Source: Eledone cirrhosa
Lineage: Eukaryota
Reading direction: 5' to 3'
DNA: 64,000 nt
NCBI GenBank assembly: GCA_964016885.1
Contig: OZ024742.1
Location: forward strand, 145,266,001-145,330,000
This document shows positions 1 to 64,000 of this stretch, piece after piece (the first letter of the stretch is position 1; every line of letters starts with the position of its first letter). The translations under genes and the position numbers were made by a program. Under the pieces are notes generated by a model. That model was not told where the DNA came from and did not search any database. It worked only from the letters and a program-made list of their open reading frames with translations.

Positions 1-270
1 TACCCACTCCGCAGCTTCCATCAATTGTCATTGCCCTGCACTTTTTTATACAGCTGTCGTCCTTCATACACATCACATGTCCATACCAACGCAATCTCCT
101 CTCCAGAACACAACATTTGATACCTCTTATGCTTAGTCTCCCTCTTAATCCGTTTATGCTTCGCCTTTCGCGCACATTACTATTACACATCCATCGGAGA
201 TTGCAAGCTTCATTTCTTTCTAATCTACGCAGGTCTTCAGCACACAATGCCCAAGTCTCACTACCATGTA
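1..270 (-). mobile_element. RTE-clade LINE 3' ORF fragment (same family as 13872 and 44375)
   Basis: Reverse complement encodes HGSETWAL...LRRLERNEA...LRWMC...RLRWYGHVM; ends at a (TA)n tract. Confidence 0.85.
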
Positions 271-2377
271 ATATATATATATCTTTCCAAATGGTAATAT
301 CAGGTGAATGTTTATTATTAAAATTATGACAGAACTAGTTGATAATAAACTAATTGACACTTATGAGGGGGTTGAGTTTTAAAAAGTGACTTCCTTAAAA
401 ACTCATCACACCAGTTATCAAGTAAGTTATCATCACAACAGAAATCAGATTAAGCAGTAATGATATATGAATAAATAAACTGGTCTAGCTTGTTGAAAAA
501 TATAAAACCAGTTAGGCATGTAATTTCAGCTACTGCAACTGATGAAAATAGGTAAGCTTCTATAAGAGCAATGGTTCTAGTGAGTCATGATAGTCTGGAA
601 AAACATGCTTAAACTTGGATGTGGTATAGAAATAAATATTATTCACAAATAATGACAAGTTAATGAAGATATATTGCTATTAAAAATATATTTGTCTGTA
701 CAAATATATGAATTAATAGAAAAAGTATTAAAAAAATGATTGATCTCCTACACTGAGAGTACAGCTTGTTCTCTCATGTGTGAAAGGTAAGCTGATGAAT
801 GAGGTAATGTGTCCTTAGTTATAATTAAGAAAAAATAAAAAGCATGTTCATCATCATCATTTTAATGTCTGCTTTCCCTGCTATTCAGGGTCTACATAGA
901 CCAAGTCAGTATTGAAGCAGAGCTACTGATCTTCCAGGCAGGCCAGGGATCTGCATCTTGCTTACATATGGTCTCACATTCTACCGAGTGCACAAGAGAG
1001 GTTGTCATGTCTTTGACACAACTTTACAGTTTGTATTGAGTGTTTGTATCATGTAGATCACCAACACTACGGAGGCTATCATGTCTTTGACATGACTGAA
1101 GTGTCCTCCCAACCCTTTGTTTAGAAAGCTTTCTATGGCTCAATGCCTTTCCTTTCACCAACCACTACAGTGTGTACTGGGTGCATTTATCATGTAGGTC
1201 ACCAACATGTGGGAGGTTATCATGTCTTTGATACAACTGAAGGTCCTCCCAATCCTTTGTTTAGCAAACTTTCTATGGCTCGATGCCCTTCATTTAACCA
1301 ACCACCTTACTGTGTGTACTGGGTGCATTTATTACTAAGATCACCAACACTAGGAAAGTTGATATTTCTGATAAAGACCTTTGTTCTCCACCTCAGCCCC
1401 TCATGTGTGTAAAACCATAGCCTTTGTTTCTCATGGTATTCTTATGTTTATATTTCCTGATTCATACCAATGTAAACCATGACTAGCCTATGCAATCTAA
1501 TAATGATTTTACATGTGTGTATCATCATCATCACCAACACAATCTTATGTCCACTTTCCATGCTGGCATGGGTTGGACTAGACAGGTCGGAAAATTTCAT
1601 CTTGCTCAAAAGTTCCATATTTGGTATGGTTCCTATAGCTGAAACTCCCTGACAGCCTATCTGCACTTCCACTACATCAATTGGGCATGAACTTTGAGTG
1701 GACCTTGTCTTAATGCCCACTTAAAAAAAGAAATGGACATGTTTTGATCTTATTTGATCCCTTTAGTGAAATGTATTCACTTAGCAATGTGGTTGACTAG
1801 AATGGTCAATTATATATAAGAGAGAGAAAATAAATTATACAGGTTGACTAAAAGGTAAAAAAAAAATAATGTTTAAATATGGTTTAATGTTTAAACATTT
1901 TATTTATGTGCATGTACTGCCTGTGTAAAAATGTTCCAAAATGTTTAATCAACTCAACTGTAGGAATTGTTTCCATTGCTTGCTTTCCTCGACTGTTTAA
2001 ATATTGTTTAAATATGCTTGTATGTAGCATATGTACATGTACTTAACCTGTTGACAGTTGCTGTGCAAGTTTGTTTTTTTTCAGTAAAATGACTATTTTT
2101 TAAAACAAACATTTATTAAGAATACGTATCTGAATGATTGAGAAACGTCATATCAATAAACTAGTAATCCCATCTTAGCTTCGAAGTTATGAACTGTTGG
2201 AAAAGAGTTCAAACATAGAGGAGTTATCTCATCTGTGGCACTGGAACGCATACTTGTTAGGACAGGTTATCTCATCTATGCTACTAAAGAAGTTAAAGTG
2301 TATTTCATTGGTATTGGAGAATATACAGTTTTAATTGTGATTTTAGTTTTACTACGAGAGCTTCTATTCAGTGACTG

Positions 2378-2706
2378 GGGACACAACATGCCCAAATGGT
2401 TAAGAAGATTGTCTTGCAGTCATTAAGTTCCAGGTTCAATCTCACCGAGTGGCATCTTGAGCAAGTGTCATTTATTGATCCATGCCTTGTTAGTGAAATT
2501 TCATAGACAAAAACATTTTCAAAGCCTGTCGGATGGACTGTAACTCTAAGAGCTAGCTTGTCACACACTGTGTCATGCTGAATCTTCATGAGAATTACAA
2601 TATGGGCATGTTTTTCTGAAGAATGCTCAGCTACCAGCATGTTAATTTCACGAGCAAGCTGTTCCATTGATCAAACAACCGAAACACTCATCATTGATAC
2701 TGACCG
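2378..2706 (+). mobile_element. tRNA-derived SINE, diverged (same family as 11866-12160 and 60320-60625)
   Basis: Box A/B-like head, TCTTGAGCAAG core, shared tail ATGTTAATTTCACGAGCAAGCTGTTC. Confidence 0.6.
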
Positions 2707-2936
2707 AGGTCCATTTCATTCTTATTCTATGACTAGTAACTCTATCTTTGCCAGCTTACAAACTTATGACAATATGTAAGCAAAATTTGACTGTTTGTTG
2801 TCAATTTATGGCATCTATATAGCATCATGACAAACTGAAACATTTGATATATTCAATATTTTTATCATTATTATAATAAATCATTATTATTATTGTTGTT
2901 GAATAGTTAAAATGTTGATATTTCTGATTTCTTCAG

Positions 2937-63571
<60,635 letters not shown>

Positions 63572-64000
63572 GTAAGTTAAATATTCCAGATTAATCTTTT
63601 TGTTTTATTTCTTTTTTCATGTGTTCATATTTATATTATGTAATTTAAGTAAGCATTTCATTATTTCAGATTTTCCTAGGGTGGTCGATTGGCAGTGTCG
63701 GTAAGGTCTCAGACAACATGCTTTGTGGCATAGAGTTACAACCCTTTGCGTTCTGAGTTCAAATCCTGCTGAGGCTGGCTATGCCTTTCATCCTTGTGGA
63801 GTTGATAAAATAAAATATCAGTAATAATCTGGGTTCAATTTAATAGACTTTCCCCTTCCCCCCAAATTGTTGGCCTTGTGCCTGAATCAGAAACCACTAT
63901 TTCAAATTTCCTTGATATTTTTCTCTATATTTTGATATATATTTAAATTTCTTCCACGTACTTTCTAAGAAATCAAAATATCTTTAACCCTTCCATTATT

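Overview
AT-rich, microsatellite- and SINE-dense animal genomic DNA; the repeat repertoire suggests an octopod/coleoid cephalopod (inference). The whole window lies inside one + strand gene, an unconventional myosin VIIa (MYO7A/crinkled) orthologue. I traced 37 internal coding exons by hand from 2937 to 63571 (5470 nt, about 1823 codons). All splice phases join into one open frame covering the motor (from switch I), 5 IQ-like motifs, a charged helix, MyTH4-FERM-1, SH3, MyTH4-2 and the start of FERM-2. The start, P-loop and C-terminus lie outside the window. One intron (47386-50159) is a U12-type AT-AC minor-spliceosome intron. The introns carry RTE, CR1-like, R4/Dong-like and CRE-like LINE fragments, two or three tRNA-derived SINE families, a TTAA piggyBac-type MITE family (one copy nested in itself), Tc1/mariner relics, a 2.7-kb hAT element with TIRs, an 8-bp TSD and an internal 12x40-bp minisatellite, and a 2-kb TTAA-flanked fold-back element with about 425-bp inverted arms. 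Many repeats form inverted pairs that could make long dsRNA in the pre-mRNA. No prokaryotic, CRISPR or genuine RNA genes were found. Most ORFs in the supplied track are microsatellite or repeat artefacts.
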